A stretch of 64,000 nucleotides of DNA from a virus. Taxonomy: Duplodnaviria > Heunggongvirae > Uroviricota > Caudoviricetes. Location: the IMG/VR virus record IMGVR_UViG_3300033068_001655. One strand, 5' to 3'. This document shows positions 47,711 through 58,123 of the stretch, one piece after another (the stretch's first letter is position 1; each line of letters starts with the position of its first letter). The translations under genes were made by a program, and so were the position numbers. The notes under the pieces are model-generated. The model made no database searches. It was not told the origin of the DNA and saw only the letters and a list, made by a program, of their open reading frames with translations.

Positions 47711-49471
47711 TTATCTTCTTGTGTGTTGGTTTTCGTTTATTCTTTCTAACTCTCTTAAATAGATTTCTGCACCTTCTTTAAGAAATCCACTAAGTCTTCT
47801 AACTTCATCATAATCACCTGCATCCAATGCAGTATCTATAAGATCTTGGATATCTCTTTTTCTCATCTTTGATAGATCATCATCTGAATAAACACCATCA
47901 TCTACTGGTTCTTCTTGTTTTGTTAAACCTAATCCTAAAGGATCTTCATCCTCTGTATCAGGTTCATCATAGTTAGCAGCTGGTCCTAATTTTTGTTCTA
48001 ATTCCCAATCTTTAATTGCTTTTTCATAAGCTTCTTCCGTATCTACAATATGTTTGATTAAACCTTCTATTACAGTTTTTGCCAATGATTCATTAAATCT
48101 TTCTTGATTGATTACAAATACTATTCTACCACGGTTACGATTGAAGAATCCACCATTACCTGCTTCAGTTGTTTTATCAAAAACTGAAAGTAAACTATTG
48201 AATACTTCTAAGAATTTTTCATCTGTTAAAGCTAAAGCTGCTTCTTTTTTAAGAGCATCTCCAACTTCCTTATTAGTTTTTGCAACTTCGTTTGCTTTTG
48301 CTGTCAATCTTTCTTTATCATTTGCTAAAAGTCTAAATACTCTAGTTCTCATTTGTTTATATTTTTGAGAATCTTTACAAGCATTGATAAAGTCATTAAA
48401 CATTGCTTGTGCAGTTACACCATATCTAAAATCTTGTGCTTCATCTAAGAATGAAGAAGTTGCAGCTTTTACTTTCTTAGCAAACTCTTTATCTTTTTTA
48501 ATTGCCGCAGATTGAATTAGTAAATAAATACCTTTAACTGTCTCGTGAATTAACATTGGAAAGTCAACACCAACAGCTTTAACAGTTATTTTTCTATAGT
48601 CTTGATTTTCTTTTAACAATTGAATTGAGAATGTACTGTTATTTATACTTTCCCAAGTTACATCAGTTGCACCTGCCATACCACCTGAGTTACCACTCAT
48701 CATTCTAGCTTTTTGTTGAATAGGAATAGCCCAGTCCATTTTATCTGCAATATCAGACATCTCACCCCATATTCTTAGAATTCTTTGTCCGTTATTACCA
48801 AATATTCTTTGTAAACCATCCTCAACAATAGGAGATGCTTTGATAATATCTTTAGTAGCTTTACCTTCTCCTTGTGTTAGCATATTAAGAATTTTCTTCT
48901 TCATTGCTGCATTTAAAACACTACCAGTAGGTTGTTCGTCCTCTGGAGTTTCATCATTATCTTCACCACCATCATTTGAACAAGATCCACCAGAACATTG
49001 ACTATCTTGATCTTCTTCGTCTTCATCATCACTTTCGTGTGTTTCATCCTCACGTGGATTTCTTTCTGGTGTTGGTGGAACATCTCCTAAATCGGGAACG
49101 TTTTGATTAACTTGACCAGGCATTACTAATCTTATATCAAGTTCAACTGGTTTTGAAGAAGCTTCTAAAATATCACCATATTCATCCATAATAACATCTT
49201 TTGCAAGATTTTGTATAGCTTCTACTCTTTCTTGCATTTGTGCTCTACCTAAAGGTCTACCGTCAGGTCCTTGCATCATCATTTGTCCAGATTGCATCAT
49301 TAGTTGATGAAATTCTGGCCAAAGGTGATTTCTTACTTGACTTTCGTCATCTGGTCTAACACCTAAGTTTCTTTCTGCTTCCTCTTCAGCATTTCTCATG
49401 AAATCTCTAGGAACTCCAGAATTACCTCTTAAATCTATTTCTTCTTTTATAAAATCGGAAAATCTTTTCAT
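47711..49471 (-). CDS. 586-aa hypothetical protein with capsid-targeting-like N-terminus and an acidic linker
   Basis: Starts MKRFSDFIKEE; FPMLIHETVKG segment. Confidence 0.7.
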   Translation of the reverse strand: MKRFSDFIKEEIDLRGNSGVPRDFMRNAEEEAERNLGVRPDDESQVRNHLWPEFHQLMMQSGQMMMQGPDGRPLGRAQMQERVEAIQNLAKDVIMDEYGDILEASSKPVELDIRLVMPGQVNQNVPDLGDVPPTPERNPREDETHESDDEDEEDQDSQCSGGSCSNDGGEDNDETPEDEQPTGSVLNAAMKKKILNMLTQGEGKATKDIIKASPIVEDGLQRIFGNNGQRILRIWGEMSDIADKMDWAIPIQQKARMMSGNSGGMAGATDVTWESINNSTFSIQLLKENQDYRKITVKAVGVDFPMLIHETVKGIYLLIQSAAIKKDKEFAKKVKAATSSFLDEAQDFRYGVTAQAMFNDFINACKDSQKYKQMRTRVFRLLANDKERLTAKANEVAKTNKEVGDALKKEAALALTDEKFLEVFNSLLSVFDKTTEAGNGGFFNRNRGRIVFVINQERFNESLAKTVIEGLIKHIVDTEEAYEKAIKDWELEQKLGPAANYDEPDTEDEDPLGLGLTKQEEPVDDGVYSDDDLSKMRKRDIQDLIDTALDAGDYDEVRRLSGFLKEGAEIYLRELERINENQHTRR

Positions 49472-49472
49472 A

Positions 49473-49664
49473 TTATTTAAAGTAATTATTTATTTCTTGT
49501 TTCTTTTCACCTGGTAGATCTTTGTAAAGTCTAGCAAATCTATCAATTACATCCTCTGCAGTTGCTTCTAAAATATCTTCTTCAACTACTGGGTTTACTA
49601 CCTTTGTAGGTGGTTCCATTGTAACTTCCTCAGTAAACATTTTATATTTTTTTATAAATCCCAT
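49473..49664 (-). CDS. Small protein with capsid-targeting-like N-terminus
   Basis: Starts MGFIKKYKMFTEE. Confidence 0.65.
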   Translation of the reverse strand: MGFIKKYKMFTEEVTMEPPTKVVNPVVEEDILEATAEDVIDRFARLYKDLPGEKKQEINNYFK

Positions 49665-49746
49665 AATAATGTTATTAAATTTTAATATATATATTAAAAA
49701 TTATATATCAAAAAATAATATATAAAGAAAAAATAATAAATTTATT

Positions 49747-50268
49747 ATGAGAAAATTTTCTACAATTAGAAAAATATACGAAGCAGATGAGGTAGTTGCT
49801 GCTAATCTTCCTCAAACTACTACTGAAGTAGATACAACTAAAGTTGAACAACCAGAACCTCAGCCACAACCAGAGACTACCGAAAATGCAGGTACTGCAG
49901 TTGCACTTTTTTCTAAGTTATTTGAATCAAGAGAAATGGCACATATCTACCACTTACAAGTAAATGGTGAACAAGGTTCTCATGCTGCACATAGTGCATT
50001 AAATGATTATTATGAAGGTGTATTAGATTTTATTGATGACTTAATTGAAACTTATCAAGGTCAATACGGTATTGTTGATGGTTATGAAACAATCGATACT
50101 ACCGAAACTAAAACTAAAGATAAGGTTGAATACTTTGAAGGTTTGGTAGAGTTTGTAAAACATGGTAGAAAAGCTATATCACTAGAAGATACACACTTAC
50201 ATAGTATAATTGATGATATTGTTGTTTTAATTTATAGAACTCTTTACAAATTGAAATTTACTAAATAA
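49747..50268 (+). CDS. Ferritin/Dps-like four-helix protein (DUF5856-like)
   Basis: AHIYHL...SHAAHSAL..YY...D..D.L.E..QG.YG...Y..LYKL. Confidence 0.7.
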   Translation: MRKFSTIRKIYEADEVVAANLPQTTTEVDTTKVEQPEPQPQPETTENAGTAVALFSKLFESREMAHIYHLQVNGEQGSHAAHSALNDYYEGVLDFIDDLIETYQGQYGIVDGYETIDTTETKTKDKVEYFEGLVEFVKHGRKAISLEDTHLHSIIDDIVVLIYRTLYKLKFTK

Positions 50269-50269
50269 C

Positions 50270-50299
50270 AAAAAAACCACTCAATTGAGTGGGTTTTTT
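50270..50299. terminator. Bidirectional intrinsic terminator
   Basis: aaaaaaaccactca-at-tgagtgggtttttt. Confidence 0.8.
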
Positions 50300-50511
50300 A
50301 TATCTATTGTTGTGTAAAAATTGTTGTTTACTTTTTTAGTTGCATATCTACTTTTCATTATACTTTCTGCCGATGACATTCCAAGTAATCTTCTAATTTT
50401 ACTTTTTCTAAAATAGTTTTTATATTGTATAGTAGTTATACTTTGTGTAGTCACATAAGGTACATAGATATATCCTGATTTCATACCTTTATCTTTTCTA
50501 CCTACTAACAT
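50281..50511 (-). CDS. 76-aa protein resembling the C-terminus of T4-like major capsid protein gp23, carrying an RKSKIRRLLG tag
   Basis: LVGRK...SGYIYVPYV...MKSRYA, compared with gp23 VG.K...G..YAPYV...KTRY. Confidence 0.55.
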   Translation of the reverse strand: MLVGRKDKGMKSGYIYVPYVTTQSITTIQYKNYFRKSKIRRLLGMSSAESIMKSRYATKKVNNNFYTTIDIKNPLN

Positions 50512-50632
50512 TAAATAATCTCTTTATTTTATTTTTTCTGTATGTAGGTCTCATTTTTAACCACATCATCCAACCAGTATTATACTGATTATTTATATTA
50601 TTAGTTCCTGGCCAACCTGCTGCAAATGACAT
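50498..50632 (-). CDS. 44-aa protein with RKNKIKRLF tag, missing from the ORF track
   Basis: MSFAAGWPGTNNINNQYNTGWMMWLKMRPTYRKNKIKRLFNVSR. Confidence 0.5.
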   Translation of the reverse strand: MSFAAGWPGTNNINNQYNTGWMMWLKMRPTYRKNKIKRLFNVSR

Positions 50633-50652
50633 ATTATTATATTATCTAAAAG

Positions 50653-50973
50653 TTATTTGTTTTCAGTATAAAGGTATTTTCTACCATCTTGGTTATATGA
50701 ATCTAAATTATTTACAACAGTATCTAATTTGTCTATACAATCATCCAAGTCTTTTTTAATAACTTGTAAAGCCGCAATTGAATCATCTATCTGGTCATTA
50801 CTTTTTGTAGAGTTATTTTTATAGTTACTTAATTCTGTACCAAGTGTATCTATCGTTTTTGCTTTATCTTCAACATTTGCGATAAAATCTTTTAACTCTT
50901 CCATCATTTCACCAATTCTTTCTGGAGAAATATCAACTTGTTCTTCACTTTCAAAAAATCTTCTTATTTTCAT
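50653..50973 (-). CDS. Coiled-coil protein with capsid-targeting-like N-terminus
   Basis: Starts MKIRRFFESEE; heptad-rich. Confidence 0.7.
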   Translation of the reverse strand: MKIRRFFESEEQVDISPERIGEMMEELKDFIANVEDKAKTIDTLGTELSNYKNNSTKSNDQIDDSIAALQVIKKDLDDCIDKLDTVVNNLDSYNQDGRKYLYTENK

Positions 50974-51007
50974 TTTGTTGGAATATAATTTTAATATATA
51001 TATTATT

Positions 51008-51691
51008 ATGAAAAGATCAAAATACTTAATAACCGAACTATCTGAATTTAATTTACAAAGAATGAATTCTGATTCTGTTCAAGCATCAGCACACGTTGAT
51101 GATCCTTCTTTATCTATTAACGCATTTGATAAGAATCAAGATATGATTAGACAAGCAATGTCTCGTATTAATGACATTATGTATAATTTGAAAGGAACTA
51201 ACGCATATAAAGCACTTAGAAGTAGATTAGCATTAGAAGATCAAGATATTACTGCATTAAAAGTTTTAAGAATCGTTAAATCAACATCATTAAAATATGA
51301 TGTTTATATCACATTTACAATTGGTGAAGAAGAATATTGGGGTGTAGTTGAAGATATAATGTCTACCTCACCAGAGTTTACATCAGAAGTTTTTAAAGAC
51401 TATGATCTATACCAACCAAAAGAGTGGATTATTAAAATAAAAGGTTTAGTTATTAAAACATTAAAAACTTGGTTGAAACCAGAACCAGGAACCTATAAAT
51501 TATTAAATAATGAAGTAATTTGCTACTCGGTTGAAACTGGAAAACAATTAAGAATGGAATCTGGAATTGAAATTGAAGTAATTAGAGCACATAGTGATAA
51601 GATAATTATAAAACATGATACTGATGTATATAACTTAGTTGGAGATAATTACATTTACTTCAATTGGTGGTTTGAGAAAATAGAAGAATAA
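51008..51691 (+). CDS. Hypothetical protein
   Basis: Likely start MKRSKYLITELSEFN at 51008, after TAATATATA. Confidence 0.7.
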   Translation: MKRSKYLITELSEFNLQRMNSDSVQASAHVDDPSLSINAFDKNQDMIRQAMSRINDIMYNLKGTNAYKALRSRLALEDQDITALKVLRIVKSTSLKYDVYITFTIGEEEYWGVVEDIMSTSPEFTSEVFKDYDLYQPKEWIIKIKGLVIKTLKTWLKPEPGTYKLLNNEVICYSVETGKQLRMESGIEIEVIRAHSDKIIIKHDTDVYNLVGDNYIYFNWWFEKIEE

Positions 51692-51720
51692 AAAAAGAGA
51701 CTTTAAAAGTCTCTTTTTTT
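51691..51720. terminator. Bidirectional intrinsic terminator
   Basis: aaaaaaagagactt-ta-aaagtctctttttt. Confidence 0.8.
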
Positions 51721-51723
51721 ACA

Positions 51724-54700
51724 TTAAGGAATTACAAATTTTAAATTACCAGTAACACTCTCTCTATAAAGCATACCTATTGACAATTGAGTTTTTGCTA
51801 CTGCATTACTTCCATATTCAGGTATTGTTGTATTAAAAATTGTACCACCTGATAATTCTATATTTGTTCCGTCAACCCATAATAATCCAGGTTTAATACT
51901 TATATTTGTAAAAGGTAGTCTCTTATTACCATACCAATAATAATCACTCATATAGGAATTTATTATACTAAATCCATATAATGTAAATTTAACTGAGGAA
52001 CCAGCTGAATTTACAGCTTTTATTAAATAACCCCAAGGTTGTGAATTTAATTTTAATGATTTAAAATTGACTTGATGTGATATATATGGATTATTGTGTG
52101 AAATATTATAACTTACTTTAATATAATTATTATAAAATAAATTAGTAACAAATCCACCACCATTAGCAGAGAAACTACACATCTTACCATTGTATTGATC
52201 ATACGTATTAGTACCAGTATTATTATTTTCAAGAAACACAAATGAATCTGCACCACCTGCACTTTGACCAGTATTTTGTTGTGTATAAAAATCACCACCA
52301 TGTGAAAAACTAGAACCATCTTTTAGATAAACATCATATACATGATTACAAGGTAGATGTACTTTTCTAGTTTGTACTATTTCTCCATGAGTACCAGAGC
52401 TTAGTGTTGGTGTAGTGGAATTTCTTTTAAAGATATATCCTATTCTAACTGCAGCATTATTTACTGGATTTGAGATAGTATTTCCATCAGAATCTCTCCA
52501 AGTTCCTGATATTCCAAGTAGGTGCCAGTTATTGGTATTACCAAGTGTTACTATTTCATAATAAGTACCTGCCCCAGTATCTGTTATAGGATAACTCCAA
52601 CTACTTGGAATATATTTTACTTTAGAGTATATAACTCTTTGATAACTTCTTCTCATATATATTCTTCCATTATCAGAGTATATTCCTGCGTAATTTTTTA
52701 AATATATCATGTGTTGTTCAAAACTATTGACTTCTATACTACCATTGAGAAATAGTGACTCACGATAAGGTAGATTTCTACCCTCTACGTGAATTACACC
52801 ATAATCAGGAGTAAATGTTGTAATATGACCAAACATTTGTGTTCCTTCTCTATATATCGGTACATTATCTTCATCAGTTAAAGCAGTATAATTTACTGTA
52901 GTAGATGGTGAAAATGTTGTTGATGATGTTAGTGGGAAACTAATTGGTGCCGTTGTAGTTGTATTTCTAGTAACTGTATTTGAATTAAGAGTTGTTAAAT
53001 CAATATAAAGTTGATTTGATCCATTAGTGCTATATGTTATATATGGATCTCTATTAAATAGTTCTAAATTACTTTTTAAATTTGATAAAGTGATTGCGGT
53101 ACTTGTTCCTAATGGACATTGAGTGTTACTATTTATAGTTGCACTACTATTAAATGTTTTATCAAGCATCAATAGATCAGAATATGATTCACCGTTTAGT
53201 AAAATATCGTGTGTAAATTTTGTTCCAGTTGTAGGATTACCTGTTAGAGTTATTGTAAATCTCACTACTTTATTTTGTGGTGGTGTAGTCCCGTAAGAAA
53301 TATCAACACCTTGTGGTAATCTATCCATTTGTAAAAGGATACTACCTCCTACACTTCCTACAGTTAACGAACACCCGTTTTCTACAATAAAACTATTCAG
53401 TGTAACATTATTATAATCATAACTATTACTACCAACCGCTCTAAAAAACCCTTTTCTTTTTGGATGATTACTGTGAAATGTAAGTGTACCATTTCCTTCT
53501 ACTTTACAACTAATACTGTGGTTAAATTGCCCAGGTCCAGCAGGTCCTGAACTAGAAAAAGTGGTATCTGCCAATGCTCCAGTAACAAGTGGTTTCATAT
53601 CAAACATCCACTCTAAATTATTACCATCTGTAGTATCTGGTATATAAAGATGTGAAGAATAGCCACCTTTTTCTAAGAAATACGTTACACTATTTATTGC
53701 AAGATTTTCCTCTACCCATAAAAAAGATTGTATAACAACTCTAGTTGGGTTTAGATTTTGCCATTTTTCAATTGGGTTACCACCGTTTATAGCAGGATTT
53801 GGTATAATTGGTGGTGTTATTCCAGGATTTGCTCTATTTAAAATCTTATCAAGACATGCTTTTATACTTTTAAATGGTTTAGAACGAGTTCCTAACTCTT
53901 CTGTTCCTGGATATAAAGCATTTACATAATAATCAGTGCCTTCAAATGTAGCAGGAACTTCAACTTTTATAATACCTGAGTTTTCAGTAATTGCCAAACT
54001 ATCTGATGTAATTTTCTTAAATTTATGACGATAATCACTATCTAAACCATCATATACCTCAATACCAACACCTGAGAAAGTAACACCGGCTTTACTTTCT
54101 ATTCTAATATCATCAGTATTATCATCAATTTGAAGACCGGTTGATACTAATTGTTTAAATTGTAATGTTCCCTCACCAGTAAGTGGATCAATAGATATTC
54201 CTTGATAAACATTACCAGTTGATAGATTTGCGATAGCTGCCGTAGTAGGACTCAATGTTAAATTTGATGCACTAGTAAATGGCATTATTGTAGTAAGTAA
54301 ATCCCAAGTTGTAACACCAGATATATTCTTTAAAAGATATGTAAGTCCTGGTGTAAAAGGATTAGGTGGGGTTATTCTCGCTAAACTTAAATACCCAGTA
54401 GTTATATTAGGAGCATGTATATTAGTAATAAGACTTCCATTTCCTACAAAATTATTATTCGTTCTAATATTACCAGAAACGTGAAGTCCTGGAATAGTAG
54501 AACCTGGAGAAGGTGTTGTAAGACCCAATCCAATATGAGATAAGTTATCAAATAGTAAACTTTTTGTTAAAAGTGTTTGATTATTCGCAAATTTAACAAC
54601 ATAGTTCTCAAAACCGGTGTTACCTGTTGCAGCGTTTTCTACTAAAGCACCAGTTGTGTTTTCATTTATCCATTGAGTGCCATCCCAAACATAAGGAACA

Positions 54701-54885
54701 TTGACATTAAAATCCCAAATTCTAAGACCTGGATATTTATAAATTATATCTTCTTTATATTTATAAAAAGGTGTAGGATATAATGATGGGTTGCTGTTAG
54801 GCAAAGATTGAGAACCAACTACAAATCTATTATCTATAGGGTTATTTATATCTACTTGAAAATTATCTACTATTATTATTGACAT
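51724..54885 (-). CDS. 1053-aa putative tail fibre/spike protein
   Basis: Mosaic, beta-rich; YYVN...G.E..G....PFKSI motif typical of beta-helix N-caps. Confidence 0.6.
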   Translation of the reverse strand: MSIIIVDNFQVDINNPIDNRFVVGSQSLPNSNPSLYPTPFYKYKEDIIYKYPGLRIWDFNVNVPYVWDGTQWINENTTGALVENAATGNTGFENYVVKFANNQTLLTKSLLFDNLSHIGLGLTTPSPGSTIPGLHVSGNIRTNNNFVGNGSLITNIHAPNITTGYLSLARITPPNPFTPGLTYLLKNISGVTTWDLLTTIMPFTSASNLTLSPTTAAIANLSTGNVYQGISIDPLTGEGTLQFKQLVSTGLQIDDNTDDIRIESKAGVTFSGVGIEVYDGLDSDYRHKFKKITSDSLAITENSGIIKVEVPATFEGTDYYVNALYPGTEELGTRSKPFKSIKACLDKILNRANPGITPPIIPNPAINGGNPIEKWQNLNPTRVVIQSFLWVEENLAINSVTYFLEKGGYSSHLYIPDTTDGNNLEWMFDMKPLVTGALADTTFSSSGPAGPGQFNHSISCKVEGNGTLTFHSNHPKRKGFFRAVGSNSYDYNNVTLNSFIVENGCSLTVGSVGGSILLQMDRLPQGVDISYGTTPPQNKVVRFTITLTGNPTTGTKFTHDILLNGESYSDLLMLDKTFNSSATINSNTQCPLGTSTAITLSNLKSNLELFNRDPYITYSTNGSNQLYIDLTTLNSNTVTRNTTTTAPISFPLTSSTTFSPSTTVNYTALTDEDNVPIYREGTQMFGHITTFTPDYGVIHVEGRNLPYRESLFLNGSIEVNSFEQHMIYLKNYAGIYSDNGRIYMRRSYQRVIYSKVKYIPSSWSYPITDTGAGTYYEIVTLGNTNNWHLLGISGTWRDSDGNTISNPVNNAAVRIGYIFKRNSTTPTLSSGTHGEIVQTRKVHLPCNHVYDVYLKDGSSFSHGGDFYTQQNTGQSAGGADSFVFLENNNTGTNTYDQYNGKMCSFSANGGGFVTNLFYNNYIKVSYNISHNNPYISHQVNFKSLKLNSQPWGYLIKAVNSAGSSVKFTLYGFSIINSYMSDYYWYGNKRLPFTNISIKPGLLWVDGTNIELSGGTIFNTTIPEYGSNAVAKTQLSIGMLYRESVTGNLKFVIP

Positions 54886-54903
54886 AAACTATATATATTT
54901 TTT

Positions 54904-56427
54904 TTAATATCTAAATTGGTATTTTACATTAGGAGGACCAATAGGTGTTATTATTTGTCTTTTATAAACTTTAAAACTTCTATTTGCCCAATAACTTTGT
55001 GGTGATCCAAGTGTTAAGGTTGATTGTGTAAAGAATCCAATAACATCATTATCATCACCATCTATAATTTGTGTTAAATCAGGATAACTTGCATCATACA
55101 TAAAATATAAGTATTGTCCCGTAGATCCTGTTAGATAAAGTTCTTTATCTCCCTGTGTTTCAACTAATTTTGTTAGTGATATTTGAGTTAGATTACTAAA
55201 CGAACTCACTGAGCTTACTCCATAAAAATAAGGAATAATACCTTGTATGAAAGTACTTGCGGTTGCATTTTTTGTACCATCAGTAACACTAATTGAGAAA
55301 ACAATTGGGTCTTCACCTAATTGGTTATTTGGTATTTGACCAGTAGAACTTCCAGAAACAGTGATGTGATCAGTGGTTGTAATTGCATCAACAACTGCCG
55401 GTGTCATATTTGTCAAACTTGCAATTTGTGTTGCATTAGTTCTCTTAGTAATTGTATAATCGAGTATAACTGTAGGATATGTTCCCAGCTCATAATAATT
55501 ATTATTAGTAGTTATAGTACATAAAGGACCTAAATAAGGATAAAGTATTCTTCTTAAAACTTCTGAAATAGCAACATTGTTAAATGTTGTACCTATTGGT
55601 ATTCCACCAAATGGTCTAGGTGTATAATCGGTTGAATTTAACTCTAATGAATAACCATTTACATTTGTAGGATTTCCGTATAATGTTAGTGTCTCACTAG
55701 AAGTACCAATTGTACTTAAAACTGGAAGAGTTAGTTCCTCCCATTGTACTCTACCATTTCTCCAAACAAAAGTTTTACTTTCTAGTCCAGATGAAGTAGC
55801 ACTTTCTATAGATGTTGGTAATTGAATTGTATTTAATGAAAATGTTCCTTGTAAATAATCATTTATATTTTCATAATTTCTAATGTTTACATTACCTACT
55901 TTAGCAACAAAGTCAATAGATAAAGATTCTGTGGCACCAGAAACAAATTCACTTTGAATAAATGGTGCAACTGTATATAATCCAGTATTCTTACCAGATA
56001 ATATAGACATTCTAGTTATTGTATTTGAAACTGTATCTGGTTTAGTATTAAATAGGAAAATATCCACGTCACTATCAAGTAATTGAGTGTCAGACATAAT
56101 ATCATGTGAATTATCATATGATTGAGTACCCGAATAGGATCTTTTACCTATAAATAATTTCTTTTTAATATCTCTATCATTTGGATCGGTTGCATCTAAA
56201 CCAATATATCTTTCAGTATTACTAGAAATAGATGATGCAGTTGATGTTTGTTTAAAAGGAACACTAGACCATAAAGATAAAACTGCGTTACGTATATCTT
56301 TAGGATCGATAAGTTTATCTACGTTATCCTTTAAGGTTAAAAGTATATCATCAAAATTACTTTGTATATGAAGTGGATAACTATTCGCTTCTGTAATCTG
56401 ACCATTGTTTATACTGAATGTTCCCAT
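54904..56427 (-). CDS. Virion structural protein, paralog A
   Basis: Aligns along its length with 56434-58044 (TFSIN.GQ.TE, I.P.D.R.A.LS.W, NGYSLE, L..ILYPY..P). Confidence 0.7.
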   Translation of the reverse strand: MGTFSINNGQITEANSYPLHIQSNFDDILLTLKDNVDKLIDPKDIRNAVLSLWSSVPFKQTSTASSISSNTERYIGLDATDPNDRDIKKKLFIGKRSYSGTQSYDNSHDIMSDTQLLDSDVDIFLFNTKPDTVSNTITRMSILSGKNTGLYTVAPFIQSEFVSGATESLSIDFVAKVGNVNIRNYENINDYLQGTFSLNTIQLPTSIESATSSGLESKTFVWRNGRVQWEELTLPVLSTIGTSSETLTLYGNPTNVNGYSLELNSTDYTPRPFGGIPIGTTFNNVAISEVLRRILYPYLGPLCTITTNNNYYELGTYPTVILDYTITKRTNATQIASLTNMTPAVVDAITTTDHITVSGSSTGQIPNNQLGEDPIVFSISVTDGTKNATASTFIQGIIPYFYGVSSVSSFSNLTQISLTKLVETQGDKELYLTGSTGQYLYFMYDASYPDLTQIIDGDDNDVIGFFTQSTLTLGSPQSYWANRSFKVYKRQIITPIGPPNVKYQFRY

Positions 56428-56433
56428 TTCTTA

Positions 56434-58044
56434 TTAAAATATAAATTTAAAATTACCAGATGCACTACCTCCACTTGGACCTGGATATGAACACTGATAT
56501 TTAGTTCTCCAAATTGTAAATGTAACTGGATAACCTTGTACACCAGGATTCACATAATTTAACACAGAACTAGTAAACCCTGAATATATCTCAGATGTTC
56601 TATTGTGCATTATAAAATCATTTGGATCTTTAACCTGTTGTAAACCTCTTTGACTATCTGGTAATAATGGGTTATTCCAAACTTGATCATTACGGTGTAT
56701 AAAATATAAATACCCTTCACCATTATATGGTAACGTTATTGAATTACTCGCTCCTGGATAAGGTAATATTGTTTTATTTAATGATGTTGCAATTGTGGTA
56801 AAGTTTGATATACTTGTTATTAAAGATGTTGTAAATCCATATATCACCGGATAAACAAATTGTAAAGATGCTGTAGCACTATAAGAAAATGTCGTCAATG
56901 ATGAATCTGATACATTTAAGTTCCAATTTTGTGTTGAAGTAATTGAACTAAATGTTGCAACTGAAATAGTCGCACCTGCAAATGTACCAGGTATTCCAGA
57001 AAGTTGTAATCCAACATAACTTGTATTTGGTACAACTTGATAATTAAAAATCTTTTCAGATGTATTTCTTTGATAAGTTGTTAGTTTGTATGTTAAAACA
57101 GCTGAAGCGGTTTTACCAACCTCTGCATATATTGTACCAGTTGCATTATTTACAATACTTAACTCTAAAACTGGTGGTGTATATGGATATAAAAGTTCTT
57201 TTAAAACTTCGGTAATTGGCCAGTTTTGGTATCCAGAACCATTATAGAATGAATTACCAGAGAATGATGCGCCCATTTCTATACCACCAATAGTTGTAGG
57301 AACATCATTAGAATCAATAAATTCTAATGAATAACCATTTAAACTAACGGTACTACCATAAATATTTGTTGCATAACCAGGAGTACCAATTACATTAAGT
57401 GTAATTGTAGGGTCTTCCCATTTTAAATAACCACTTGGATAAGTACCTCTATATCTTAATATTCTACCATCTGATGCAGATCCAAATGTTTCTGCAACTG
57501 TAGGAAAAACAATATCATTGATTGAAACTCTACCTGTTTGTGAGAAAAGATTTATACCACCAGTTTGTGATGGATTTATAATATTAAGATCTGTTTTAGT
57601 TCCATCACTATATGATTCGATATAAGGTGCAAACCTATATAATGCAGAATTAGTACCAGATAAAATCGCAATCTTAGTTGAACTTTGAGTTACTGTGTCA
57701 GGTTTTGTGTTAAATAAAAATATATCTGTTTCAGAACTTAAAAGAAAGTTACTCATAACATCTAAGTTACCATATCCTCTTTTACCTATAAGAATTTTTT
57801 GTTTAATATCTCTGTTACCAGGGTTGCTAGAATCTAATCCAATATACTCATAGTTTGCAAGTGAATTTGGTGTTGTTATCTTAAAAGGAGAATTTGCCCA
57901 AGTTGATAAAAAAGCATCTCTAACATCTCTTGGAGATATTAACTTTTGTGTATTATCTTGAATATCATTTAAAACCGAAAGAATATTTGGCTTTCTAGTT
58001 GATTCTGTTAATTGTCCGGAGTTAATGCTAAAAGTAGCTGGCAT
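56434..58044 (-). CDS. Virion structural protein, paralog B
   Basis: Tandem paralog of 54904-56427. Confidence 0.7.
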   Translation of the reverse strand: MPATFSINSGQLTESTRKPNILSVLNDIQDNTQKLISPRDVRDAFLSTWANSPFKITTPNSLANYEYIGLDSSNPGNRDIKQKILIGKRGYGNLDVMSNFLLSSETDIFLFNTKPDTVTQSSTKIAILSGTNSALYRFAPYIESYSDGTKTDLNIINPSQTGGINLFSQTGRVSINDIVFPTVAETFGSASDGRILRYRGTYPSGYLKWEDPTITLNVIGTPGYATNIYGSTVSLNGYSLEFIDSNDVPTTIGGIEMGASFSGNSFYNGSGYQNWPITEVLKELLYPYTPPVLELSIVNNATGTIYAEVGKTASAVLTYKLTTYQRNTSEKIFNYQVVPNTSYVGLQLSGIPGTFAGATISVATFSSITSTQNWNLNVSDSSLTTFSYSATASLQFVYPVIYGFTTSLITSISNFTTIATSLNKTILPYPGASNSITLPYNGEGYLYFIHRNDQVWNNPLLPDSQRGLQQVKDPNDFIMHNRTSEIYSGFTSSVLNYVNPGVQGYPVTFTIWRTKYQCSYPGPSGGSASGNFKFIF

Positions 58045-58093
58045 CTAATTAAATTCTTTTTATGTATATATAAAAAATTTAGGACTACTTTAT

Positions 58094-58120
58094 AAAAAAA
58101 GTCCAACTTTCGTTGGACTT
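58094..58120 (-). terminator. Intrinsic terminator
   Basis: aagtccaac-tttc-gttggactt, with the T-run on the minus strand. Confidence 0.75.
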
Positions 58121-58123
58121 GTA

